A DNA stretch of 31,136 bases from Candidatus Odinarchaeia archaeon (GTDB lineage: Archaea; Asgardarchaeota; Odinarchaeia; Odinarchaeales; Odinarchaeaceae), in assembly GCA_029856525.1 (NCBI GenBank), contig JAHQXC010000005.1:1-31136 (forward strand), read 5' to 3'. Shown here piece by piece: positions 8,724 through 17,357 of the stretch. The notes under the pieces are model-generated. The model searched no databases. It was not told where the DNA came from and saw nothing but the letters and a program-made list of their open reading frames with translations. Position numbers and translations under genes: made by a program. How positions within the stretch are numbered: position 1 is the first letter of the stretch; every line of letters starts with the position of its first letter.

Positions 8724-9701
8724 TTATATTACTTTATAATCTTCTAGAATCTGGTTTCTGAAACTCTTTTTAAAACCGTTTTTACTGTAGAAAACATCTT
8801 TATTCATTACTAGAAGAGGGTGGTCGAACGCGTCTCCGCAGAAATCTAAATCCGCTACAGGCGGTTTCACTAAAATCACTTTTCTATTAAATATTAACCG
8901 CTCTATTTTATCCACCATATATTCTTTAACTTCTTCAAACCCGCTTAATAATATGTTTAAAGGAATATCTAAAAATAGAGGTCTCAGCTTCACCACTGTT
9001 CTAGACGCTTTCCTCCGTCTAAGATCAGCGTTTTCAACTAGTATTTTAATATCTCCTTTACTATCAACAGGCGGAGCTATGAAAGCCATCTCTCCGTTTT
9101 TAAGATTAAAATCTTCGCGTAAAACAAGTCTCTCATAATCCCCTAAAATATTATCTAACTCTCTAAGCGATTTCAGAAAATCCTCTCTACTACGCTCTTC
9201 CCGTTGAACCGAAAAAAATTCACCGCCGGTTTTGATAAGCGCTTGAAGTTCACCGTTTAAAACCTTAATACTAGCTTCATCTAAATTCACTGGATTAACT
9301 CTGGTGACGGTGAAGCCTGCTTCTATAATCCGCTCTAAATCTATCTTTCTGTTAAAATAGAAAACCCAGCTGTCTCGTTTAAAATACGGGTGTCTGAGAA
9401 TATTTAAGGGCGCGTAAACTCTAAGATTCTCCTTTAAGCTGATTTCTCTTAGCGCGAATAATCTATGAGTTCCATCCGCTATAACATAATTTCTTCCAAG
9501 TTCAGTTACAAGTATCGGATGAAGGAATCCTTCTAAGTTGAAGCTTTCAATCAACTTTTTTATAACACTTTTATCTGAAACAGTACGCTCATGTTCAACT
9601 ATACGGCTGATATCCGATAAGCCGAATTCAACTATGAAATCATCGTTTAAATCCTCGAATTTAATCCTCCAAGAATATTCTCCGAGATTGAATGATATCA
9701 T
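8724..9701 (-). CDS. ParB/Sulfiredoxin-fold protein resembling SerK-type small-molecule kinase
   Basis: IVEHER...HPILV...YVIADGTHRL, then RDSWVFYF and RRKASRTVVKLRPLFLDIPLNIL. These parallel SerK motifs PHEQ, DGHHR, TWYP and PKTTRH..P..IDVKLEDL (compared from memory). GGTGAGG SD. Confidence 0.6.
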   Translation of the reverse strand: MISFNLGEYSWRIKFEDLNDDFIVEFGLSDISRIVEHERTVSDKSVIKKLIESFNLEGFLHPILVTELGRNYVIADGTHRLFALREISLKENLRVYAPLNILRHPYFKRDSWVFYFNRKIDLERIIEAGFTVTRVNPVNLDEASIKVLNGELQALIKTGGEFFSVQREERSREDFLKSLRELDNILGDYERLVLREDFNLKNGEMAFIAPPVDSKGDIKILVENADLRRRKASRTVVKLRPLFLDIPLNILLSGFEEVKEYMVDKIERLIFNRKVILVKPPVADLDFCGDAFDHPLLVMNKDVFYSKNGFKKSFRNQILEDYKVI

Positions 9702-10005
9702 AACCTCACCGATTATATTTTTCTATCAAACCCTCATTTTTATGAATTCAGTTTAACTATAGCCGACTTATCACTGAAATTTTTAATCTCTTCCAATTTA
9801 TATATTTCAGTTTTTAAAACTTTGACGGAGTTTATAATTATATGATTTTAACCGTGAATTGAGATCGCATCCACTCATATCGTTGAAGCTTATGCTTTGT
9901 TTAAAGTAGCTTACTATCTCTAACATTATTAAGCAGGCTTCGTCGGATAGTGTTCGGTAATTCTCTTAATATGTTTTTATATAAAACTGGTTTAATATTC
10001 ATAAA

Positions 10006-10938
10006 GTGATATTTATGGAGATTATTGAAAAAACAGCTGCTGATATTAAAAGGTTGAAGATTCAGGGTGCAACAAATATAGCTGTTAGCGCTTTAACCGC
10101 TATCACCGAGCAGTTGAAGGTTTTAAATCCTAAAACAGTTCAGGAAGCTCTCACCCTACTTTATAAGATGAAGGAGATATTGTTTCAAAGCAGGCCAACT
10201 GAACCTGCTATGAGAAACGGTGTTAAATATATACTATATAATTTTCAGCGTAATATCCGGGAGCCTGATGATATAAGTGAATTGATCTCTTCTTTAGCCT
10301 CCCAGTATATTAAAATGCTTAAAGAGGCTAAGACTAGAATTCAGTTAATCGGTGCTAAAAGGATCGTCGACGGGATGACTGTGATGACTCACTGTCACAG
10401 CTCTATTGTGAGCGGCATCATCATCAAAGCGTTTCAGGATGGTAAAAAATTCGATGTAGTGTGCACGGAGACTCGACCTTTATATCAAGGGCATATAACC
10501 GCAAGGGAGCTTACTGAGAAAGGTGTTAAAACCACGCTTATCGTCGACTCCGCGATGAGATGGGCTATTCGACAGAAAGAGGTTGATTTAATACTTGTGG
10601 GGGCTGACGCGATCACATCTGAGGGTGTTGTTTTAAATAAGATAGGGACAAGGCTGCTAGCCTTAGCTGCTGAAGAGTATAATGTTCCATTCTATGTAGC
10701 TACACCGTGTTTTAAGTTCTCGCCTGAAACAGTTATAGGAAACCTTGAAGAAATAGAGTTGAGGGATCCAAGGGAGGTTTGGGATAACCCTCCTGAGAAT
10801 CTTATAATCGATAACCCTGCTTTCGAAACAGTTGCTAGAAAGTATATTCACGGAATTATAACAGAGCTTGGAATACTTCCACCAGCTTATCTTTACGGGG
10901 CTGTTGTTGAAAAGTATCCTTTTATATTCTCAGATTAA
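10006..10938 (+). CDS. Ribose-1,5-bisphosphate isomerase (eIF-2B alpha/beta/delta family)
   Basis: IQGAT, SRPTEPAMRN, THCHSS (catalytic Cys), ETRP, GADAIT (catalytic Asp), NKIGT and NPAFETV. Directly upstream of AMP phosphorylase. Alternative start at ATG 10015. Confidence 0.9.
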   Translation: MIFMEIIEKTAADIKRLKIQGATNIAVSALTAITEQLKVLNPKTVQEALTLLYKMKEILFQSRPTEPAMRNGVKYILYNFQRNIREPDDISELISSLASQYIKMLKEAKTRIQLIGAKRIVDGMTVMTHCHSSIVSGIIIKAFQDGKKFDVVCTETRPLYQGHITARELTEKGVKTTLIVDSAMRWAIRQKEVDLILVGADAITSEGVVLNKIGTRLLALAAEEYNVPFYVATPCFKFSPETVIGNLEEIELRDPREVWDNPPENLIIDNPAFETVARKYIHGIITELGILPPAYLYGAVVEKYPFIFSD

Positions 10939-10963
10939 AACTATTCTTAAAGGGTGTTTGAAA

Positions 10964-12484
10964 ATGGTTGAGTACACTGTTAAGCCGATAGATATAGTAT
11001 GCGATTACAACCAGGTTGTGTTAAACGAGAAAGACGCTAAGAATATGAAGATCTCATCTAGAGGACGGGTTCAAATTAAATCTATTAATAAATCCTTCAC
11101 AGCTGTTTTACTTATAACTAAAAGTCTTCTAAGAGAGGGGGAGATCGGGTTAAGTGAGAAGCTTATGAGAGATCTACAAGTGAAGGAAGGGGGAATAGTC
11201 GAAGTCACCCCTGCTAAAACACCGGTCTCCTTATCGTATATTAAGAAAAAATTAAGCGGGGATTCCTTAACTCACGCTGAAATGACTCAAATCGTAGAGG
11301 ATATCGTCTCCATGACTTTAACCCCTGTTGAGATGGCCGCCTTCATATTAGCTCAACACTATCAGGAACTTTCTATGGCTGAAGTGGAGTATTTGACTAG
11401 AGCTATGGCGGAGACAGGGGTTACAATAGACTTCGAGGAGCCGGTTTACGATAAGCATTCTATCGGCGGCGTTCCAGGTAATAAAGTCTCTCTTCTAATA
11501 GTTCCCATAATCGCATCTATGGGTCTTTTAATACCTAAAACAAGTAGTAGAGCGATAACTTCACCTTCAGGAACCGCTGATACATTCGAGGTTTTAGCTC
11601 CAGTGAACTTTTCAGTCGAGGAGATTAAATCTCTGGTTAAAAAAACACGCGGCTGTCTTGTATGGGGTGGAACCCTTAACATCGCACCCGCAGACGATAT
11701 TTTAATTGAAACCGTGGAGTATCCTCTAAGTATAGATCCGATAAGTCAAATGCTAGCTTCAATAATGTCGAAGAAATTAGCTATAGGAGTAGACTCCCTT
11801 GTATTAGATATCCCGGTTGGTTTAAACGCTAAGGTTAAAACTAAAGATGAGGCTGTAGCTCTTTCAAGAAAGTTTGTTGAGCTAGGTGAAAGATTGAAGA
11901 TGAGAGTTGAAGTCGGGTTAACGTATGGTGATCAACCTGTCGGTCACACGGTCGGACCTGCTTTAGAAGCTAAGGAAGCTCTTGAAGCGTTAATGGGCAT
12001 CGGTTCATCCACATCTCTTATAGAGAAATCCACGGCTTTAGCCGGTATACTCTTAGAGATGGCTGGGCTTGCGAGCAGGGGTAGCGGTCAACAGCTTGCT
12101 TTAGAGTGCGTTAACAGCGGTAAAGCTCTTAAAAAAATGAGGGAGATTATTGAAAACCAGGGTGGTAATCCTAATATTAAACCTGAGGAGATTCCTTTAG
12201 GCGATGAAACCGAGGATATACTAGCCCCATTCTCAGGGTATATCGTGGAGGTGGATAATAAAGCGGTTAACGCGATCGCGAGAGCCGCAGGCGCCCCTGA
12301 GGATAAAGGTGCCGGCGTCTACCTTTATAAAAAAAGAGGCGGCTACGTGAAGAAAGGGGAGCCTATCATGAAAATCTATGCTGAAAAATCCTCTAAGCTC
12401 AGTGAAGCGATATCAGTGGCGAATAAATCTAACCCGGTGACAATCGAGGGCATGCTTCTTAAACATGTATCCGCTTTATACTAA
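10964..12484 (+). CDS. deoA: AMP phosphorylase (thymidine phosphorylase family, archaeal long form)
   Basis: N-terminal extra domain, DKHSIGGVPGNK, KTSSRAITSPSGTAD, GGTLNIAPADD, SIMSKK and ARAAGAPEDKGAG. Start moved from 10868 to ATG 10964 (506 aa). Confidence 0.93.
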   Translation: MVEYTVKPIDIVCDYNQVVLNEKDAKNMKISSRGRVQIKSINKSFTAVLLITKSLLREGEIGLSEKLMRDLQVKEGGIVEVTPAKTPVSLSYIKKKLSGDSLTHAEMTQIVEDIVSMTLTPVEMAAFILAQHYQELSMAEVEYLTRAMAETGVTIDFEEPVYDKHSIGGVPGNKVSLLIVPIIASMGLLIPKTSSRAITSPSGTADTFEVLAPVNFSVEEIKSLVKKTRGCLVWGGTLNIAPADDILIETVEYPLSIDPISQMLASIMSKKLAIGVDSLVLDIPVGLNAKVKTKDEAVALSRKFVELGERLKMRVEVGLTYGDQPVGHTVGPALEAKEALEALMGIGSSTSLIEKSTALAGILLEMAGLASRGSGQQLALECVNSGKALKKMREIIENQGGNPNIKPEEIPLGDETEDILAPFSGYIVEVDNKAVNAIARAAGAPEDKGAGVYLYKKRGGYVKKGEPIMKIYAEKSSKLSEAISVANKSNPVTIEGMLLKHVSALY

Positions 12485-12510
12485 CTTTACTAAAATTATA
12501 GTGGTCTAAT

Positions 12511-12882
12511 ATGATAGATATTGTAACCACTATTCTAGCTGTTATAATCTCCATGTTAATTTTAACCTGCTATCTTCTTATTAAACAGAATCGAAAACTG
12601 TCAAGAGATATTAGAGAGATGGAGGCTCAGCAGAAGAGTCTTTCAACAATTTACGGTCGGATAAGTGAGCAGTGGTTTCCTTTAATGAAAGAATACCCTT
12701 ATAACCCTCAAAACTTTCGCTTCATCGGCTCACCCGTCGACGGAATCCAATTCGAAGATGATAAGATAATTTTCTGCGAGTTTAAAGCGCATAAATCGCA
12801 GCTAAACGAGAATCAGAAAAAAATCAGAGAGTTGGTGAAGAATAGGAAAGTTGAGTGGGAGGAGTTCCACTTCAACATATAA
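12511..12882 (+). CDS. Membrane-anchored PD-(D/E)xK nuclease-like protein (Holliday-junction-resolvase-like, Endonuc_Holl type)
   Basis: N-terminal TM helix, a short coil, then GRISEQWFP, FRFIGSPVDGIQF and IFCEFK. Confidence 0.75.
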   Translation: MIDIVTTILAVIISMLILTCYLLIKQNRKLSRDIREMEAQQKSLSTIYGRISEQWFPLMKEYPYNPQNFRFIGSPVDGIQFEDDKIIFCEFKAHKSQLNENQKKIRELVKNRKVEWEEFHFNI

Positions 12883-12884
12883 TT

Positions 12885-14084
12885 TTACTCGAATTCTATG
12901 GTTGCAGGAGGCTTCTGCGTTATATCATAGTACACTGAGGCTACGCTTTCATTCTCCGACATTATCTCGGAGGCTAACTCTTCTAAAACATTCGGGGGAA
13001 TATCTGCTATAGAAGCAGTCATAAAATCTCTGGTGGTGATCGCTCTAACCGCGATTAAATAATTCCCCGCTCTTTTAGCTGATATTAAATATAGGATTCT
13101 AGTAAACTCAGGGTTTTTAGCCACCAGATCAACGTGGAGTCTAACTAATTCTCTCACTGGTGGAATATACACTTCACTGTTTTTGAAAACCTCTAAGACA
13201 GCTATATGACCGTAAGCTCGAACGTCTCCTTTAACCCCTGTTGCTTTATTTCTAAGAATTTGAACGTTTATATCTAAGCCTTTAGCTTGAAGCGCTGCCT
13301 CCGCTTCAAACTTCATTTTACTTATTTTATCAAGCATAATATCATTTATATTCGAATTGTCTAGTATCGCAGCGAAATACTGTTGCGTGTTAAACTGGGA
13401 GAGTTTTCCTTCAGTTAACCTAGTGACTTTTTTCAGAACCTTTATCTTCTCCTCGTTAAATCTCCCTACTAATCTGACCAGTAACCCTGGGCCTGGGAAA
13501 GGCTGTCGCTCGGATAAAACCTGTGGAATTTGAAGATATCTAGCTACTCTTCTAACCTGATCTTTATACAGGTACATTAAAGGTTCAATTACTTGGAAAC
13601 CATATTTCTCAACAGGGTTTATCCCAATCTGTGTGAGAATATTATGCTGGCTTTTAATACCGCCGCGGGTTTCAATCCAGTCTGGGGCGATTGTACCCTG
13701 AATTAGAAATCTACAATTCTCCTCTCTCGCGATATCCCCTAGCACCGTGTAAAATGTTTCTCTGAAAGCTTTACGCTTATCCTCCGCATCCTCTAAGCCT
13801 TTAAGCGCACTGTAAAACCGTTCCGCTTCATTATAAACTCGAACAGGCAGGTTTAAAGGCGGCTTAGATAAAAGCGCTGCAACCCACTGCGGTTCCCCCT
13901 CTCTCATAAAACCTGTGTCTATAGTCGCGCATATTAAATTATCCCCTAAAGCTTTATGCGCTAACACAGCGCATGTAGTGCTGTCAACACCGCCTGAAAC
14001 AGCTATCAACGCTTTCTCTCCGCCTAAAACTTTTCTAATCTCTTCAATCTGGGTTTTAACGAATTTCTCCTCGCTGAACACCAT
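12885..14084 (-). CDS. guaAB: GMP synthase, ATP-pyrophosphatase (B) subunit, with expanded C-terminal region
   Basis: SGGVDS PP-loop, LIQGTIAPDWIE, IKSQHN, RQPFPGPGL and C-terminal YDITQKPPATIEFE. No glutaminase domain. Confidence 0.93.
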   Translation of the reverse strand: MVFSEEKFVKTQIEEIRKVLGGEKALIAVSGGVDSTTCAVLAHKALGDNLICATIDTGFMREGEPQWVAALLSKPPLNLPVRVYNEAERFYSALKGLEDAEDKRKAFRETFYTVLGDIAREENCRFLIQGTIAPDWIETRGGIKSQHNILTQIGINPVEKYGFQVIEPLMYLYKDQVRRVARYLQIPQVLSERQPFPGPGLLVRLVGRFNEEKIKVLKKVTRLTEGKLSQFNTQQYFAAILDNSNINDIMLDKISKMKFEAEAALQAKGLDINVQILRNKATGVKGDVRAYGHIAVLEVFKNSEVYIPPVRELVRLHVDLVAKNPEFTRILYLISAKRAGNYLIAVRAITTRDFMTASIADIPPNVLEELASEIMSENESVASVYYDITQKPPATIEFE

Positions 14085-14197
14085 TAAATATCACGCCTAC
14101 ATGAACTCTATTTTAATTAGCTTTTAAGTTAAATATTAATATAACACTCATCTAAATAGAGTATCGAACTATTTAATATTAACTTAGGTGTTACTAC

Positions 14198-15448
14198 TTG
14201 AAGCTGATGGTTTACGAGCATTCTTCAGGTGGAGGCTACTGTGATAAAAATTTAACCCCATCCCTTTTCAGTGAAGGCTATGCGATGCTAAACGCGGCTG
14301 TCCAAGACTTTCAGCGAATTGAAAGCAGAGTGTACACTACACTCGATTATAGAATAGCGAATTTCACACCTCCTTTAAACGTTGAAGTTATTACGATTCT
14401 AAGACCTCCGCAGAAAATATTAAACGTATTCGATAAAGTCTGCAAGGATATAGATCAAATAATGATTATAGCCCCTGAGAGCGCGGATACACTTTACAAT
14501 CTCACTAAAATAGCTGAGAGAAACCAGCTTATCATCTTAGGTCCGACATCTGAAGCTGTGAAAGTTTTATCTAATAAATGGAGTGTGAAGGCAATCGCTG
14601 AAAACCTTGGTTTAAACGTTCCATTAATTGAAAAAATCTCGTTTAACACACCGCTTCAAGAGATTAAGGAAATACTAGATAACATCGGTTACCCTGTTGT
14701 TTTACGAAACCTTGACTCAGTGGGAGGGGAGGGTATAATCTTAGTCACTTCGACGAGTGATCTAAACAGAGCGGTAACGATGCTTAAATCTAGCACAAAT
14801 CACAGCGAGTTTATAGCGCATAAATATATTAAAGGAATCCCGGTTAGCGTGAGCCTTTTATCTAATGGTTTAACAGCGATCCCTATAAGTTTAAACGCTC
14901 AAGCTGCAAGCTTCAACCAGCAGACCGGTTTATTAGAGTATATAGGCGGCTACACTCCTCTTAAATATAAGATTTCCAAGCAGGTTAAGAAAGCCGCGGT
15001 GAAACTAGTGGAGAACATGTCAGGTGTGAGAGGCTACATCGGAGTCGACTTTGTAATAGATGAAGCAGATCAACCCTTTATTCTAGAAGTTAACCCTCGT
15101 TTAACAACAAGCTACATCGCTATTAGAAGAGTGGCAGACATTAACTTAATGGATGCTTTACGTAAAGCCGTGGTGGAGGGCTCGCTGCCTGAAAACATAA
15201 GTTTGAAAGGATACGCTTTCTTCTCTAAGGTTAGAATTAAAGTAACCGGGATGTTAACGATCACGAGAATGCAGCAGCTGGCTCAGATAAGCGGCGTCAT
15301 CACCCCGCCTTTCCCAACAGGCTTAGAATACTCTGAAGCGGTGATCGTAGCTGAAGGTAACACTTTAAAAGAAGCTCAAAACGCTTTTCAATATATGAGG
15401 AAAAACTTGGAGTCACTTGGGTCAATGGAATCTGAGGCTGGTTCGTAA
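14198..15448 (+). CDS. ATP-grasp ligase, tyramine-L-glutamate ligase (MfnD)-like
   Basis: N-terminal LMVYEHSSGGG, MIIAPESADTLYNLT, and ATP-grasp motifs GYIGVDFV and ILEVNPRLTTSY. TTG start. Confidence 0.7.
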   Translation: MKLMVYEHSSGGGYCDKNLTPSLFSEGYAMLNAAVQDFQRIESRVYTTLDYRIANFTPPLNVEVITILRPPQKILNVFDKVCKDIDQIMIIAPESADTLYNLTKIAERNQLIILGPTSEAVKVLSNKWSVKAIAENLGLNVPLIEKISFNTPLQEIKEILDNIGYPVVLRNLDSVGGEGIILVTSTSDLNRAVTMLKSSTNHSEFIAHKYIKGIPVSVSLLSNGLTAIPISLNAQAASFNQQTGLLEYIGGYTPLKYKISKQVKKAAVKLVENMSGVRGYIGVDFVIDEADQPFILEVNPRLTTSYIAIRRVADINLMDALRKAVVEGSLPENISLKGYAFFSKVRIKVTGMLTITRMQQLAQISGVITPPFPTGLEYSEAVIVAEGNTLKEAQNAFQYMRKNLESLGSMESEAGS

Positions 15449-15681
15449 CGGTTATCTAAGATACTCGCAGATAATTCTTAAGCTTTCTTAACTTATACAG
15501 GCTTACTAATAAACATCTTTCAATTCTTAACGATAGTTGAATTCTATCACACGTTTTTGAAGTTAAACGAAACTCTACTCGTGTTCCTTGAACTCTTATT
15601 AGAGCCAGTTAGCTGAGTGCTGGAACTGGAATATTGAACAGGATAATTATTTAACTTAGTTTAGTTACTATTTTAAATATA

Positions 15682-16209
15682 ATGGACGGTGGGTTAACTT
15701 TGAGTAGACCTAATAAAGACGAATATTATTTGAATATAGCTAAAGCTGTCTCCGCACGTTCGACGTGTATTAGAAGAAGGTTTGGAGCGGTTATCGTGAA
15801 GGATGATGTTATCGTGAGCACAGGGTATAATGGCCCTGCTAGAGGTGTAGTTAACTGTCAGGAGGTTGGCTGTCTTAAAAACCAGCTTAATATTCCAGCT
15901 TATACAGGTTACGATTACTGTATAGCGGTTCACGCAGAGGAGAATGCTATTATAAACGCTGCACGACACGGCGCTGAAGTGAAAGGCGGCACATTATACT
16001 TATACGGTGAGACGGTTGAAGACGGTAAAATCACCGAGGCTGATCCTTGTAAAAGATGCAGACGCGCTATTATCAATGCTGGTATAATCCGCGTTGTAAC
16101 TAGGAGGAGTGAAACTGAAATAAAGGAGTTTAATGTTTCAGACTGGGTTAAGGAGGATACTGAATACTATTTAAATGAGTTGAAAAAAGCGCTTCGGAAA
16201 AAAGACTAA
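15682..16209 (+). CDS. dCMP deaminase (ComEB-like zinc deaminase)
   Basis: RSTCIRRRFGAVIV, STGYNG, HAEENA and PCKRC zinc-deaminase motifs. Confidence 0.9.
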   Translation: MDGGLTLSRPNKDEYYLNIAKAVSARSTCIRRRFGAVIVKDDVIVSTGYNGPARGVVNCQEVGCLKNQLNIPAYTGYDYCIAVHAEENAIINAARHGAEVKGGTLYLYGETVEDGKITEADPCKRCRRAIINAGIIRVVTRRSETEIKEFNVSDWVKEDTEYYLNELKKALRKKD

Positions 16210-16316
16210 CCCCTATTTTTTAATAATAGTTTCCTGAGTTAAAACGCTCATTAAAGCCTCTCTAAACATCTTCTCTAATGTTAAATCTGAAACCTGTTTA
16301 TTAAAAGCTTCATCTA

Positions 16317-17249
16317 CTAGGATAGAAGAGTTTTTTTAATCTCCTCTTTTAACTGGTTGTCTAAACCCCCCTCCGGCGGTCTCCCTTTAAGCTCTCTTAT
16401 AAAACTTAGAATAGAGTTTATCCGCTCATCGAATTTATTAGTGTTCTTTAAATAATATAAAAGATCTAAAAGCGCATCGTACACTCGTTCATTTACCGCT
16501 TCACCCTCCAAGCTTTCTCTAAGCTTTTCAACAGCGTCTTCAACGCAGCCTACACGTTTCAAACCCGTCTCAGCTAGATCCCTTCTAATATTGTTTTCAA
16601 TCAGTTTTAAACCGTAAATGAAATTCTCTTCAGAGGATTCGATTAAAGCTCGAAGATCGAGAACAGCGGCAACTATTTTTTTAACAGCATCCTTGAAGTC
16701 GCCCAGCTCAGCTACACTACTCTGTTTTCCTATAAGACTGGTTAAACTATCATCTATTTTATTCAATTTTTCCAAAACTTCATCTAATCCTGTAATACTT
16801 CCACCTATCGGTTTAATATTCTCTAGTTTCGCATTAACGGTTTCTAACATACTCTGAACTGTTCGAGTTAACTGGTCAATATTGGATTGAAGGGCCTCGA
16901 ATCTGTTAAATATTTCATCTAAGCTAACGCCGCTCTCCCCGGCTCCTGGACCATGTTCTTTAAGCTCAGCTAATAATTCTTTTAACTCTTCAAACCCTGT
17001 TTTAATAGTCTGCTCTAAATTACTTGCCTGAAGTTTACCTAGCTCTTCGGTTAAAGCGGTGATAACGCTGGTTAAACCTTCAAGGTCTACTCCTCCTCCA
17101 GCTGATCCCGTAACACCCCCAGATTTAAGCTTCTCTATGAGTTCATCTACTGAAACCTTTAAGCTGCCGACCTGTCTTATAATATAGCGGCGCCCCTCAA
17201 CCATCTCCTCCATTTTCTTATTTATCTCTTCTAAAATATTTTGGCTCAA
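16317..17249 (-). CDS. Hypothetical all-helical coiled-coil protein with Gly-rich linkers
   Basis: 310-aa ORF rich in E/L/K with heptad-like periodicity. No recognisable family motif and no TM segment. Confidence 0.75.
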   Translation of the reverse strand: MSQNILEEINKKMEEMVEGRRYIIRQVGSLKVSVDELIEKLKSGGVTGSAGGGVDLEGLTSVITALTEELGKLQASNLEQTIKTGFEELKELLAELKEHGPGAGESGVSLDEIFNRFEALQSNIDQLTRTVQSMLETVNAKLENIKPIGGSITGLDEVLEKLNKIDDSLTSLIGKQSSVAELGDFKDAVKKIVAAVLDLRALIESSEENFIYGLKLIENNIRRDLAETGLKRVGCVEDAVEKLRESLEGEAVNERVYDALLDLLYYLKNTNKFDERINSILSFIRELKGRPPEGGLDNQLKEEIKKTLLS

Positions 17250-17357
17250 CTCAGCTACCCCTCGTAAATTACTTATCTATAAATTAATGTTTTAGGTTAA
17301 TTAATATTATCTTCGATCAAAATAAAACTTTAATTTTAAGCCTTTGGAAGTGGTTTT

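Noticed and set aside
8724-9701. Annotation as chromosome-partitioning ParB
   Set aside because: No HTH DNA-binding region is evident, no parA is adjacent, and the downstream sequence resembles SerK instead.
9702-10005. Two stop-free minus-strand stretches in different frames that could be a frameshifted gene remnant
   Set aside because: Short, with no similarity I can recognise; consistent with a divergent promoter region.
10006-10938. Annotation as translation factor eIF-2B or methylthioribose-1-phosphate isomerase
   Set aside because: The catalytic Cys/Asp pattern and direct coupling to AMP phosphorylase favour R15P isomerase.
15449-15681. Ser-rich minus-strand open stretch (VQYSSSSTQLTGSNKSSRNTSR)
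   Set aside because: Fewer than 40 codons, bounded by stops with no start codon.
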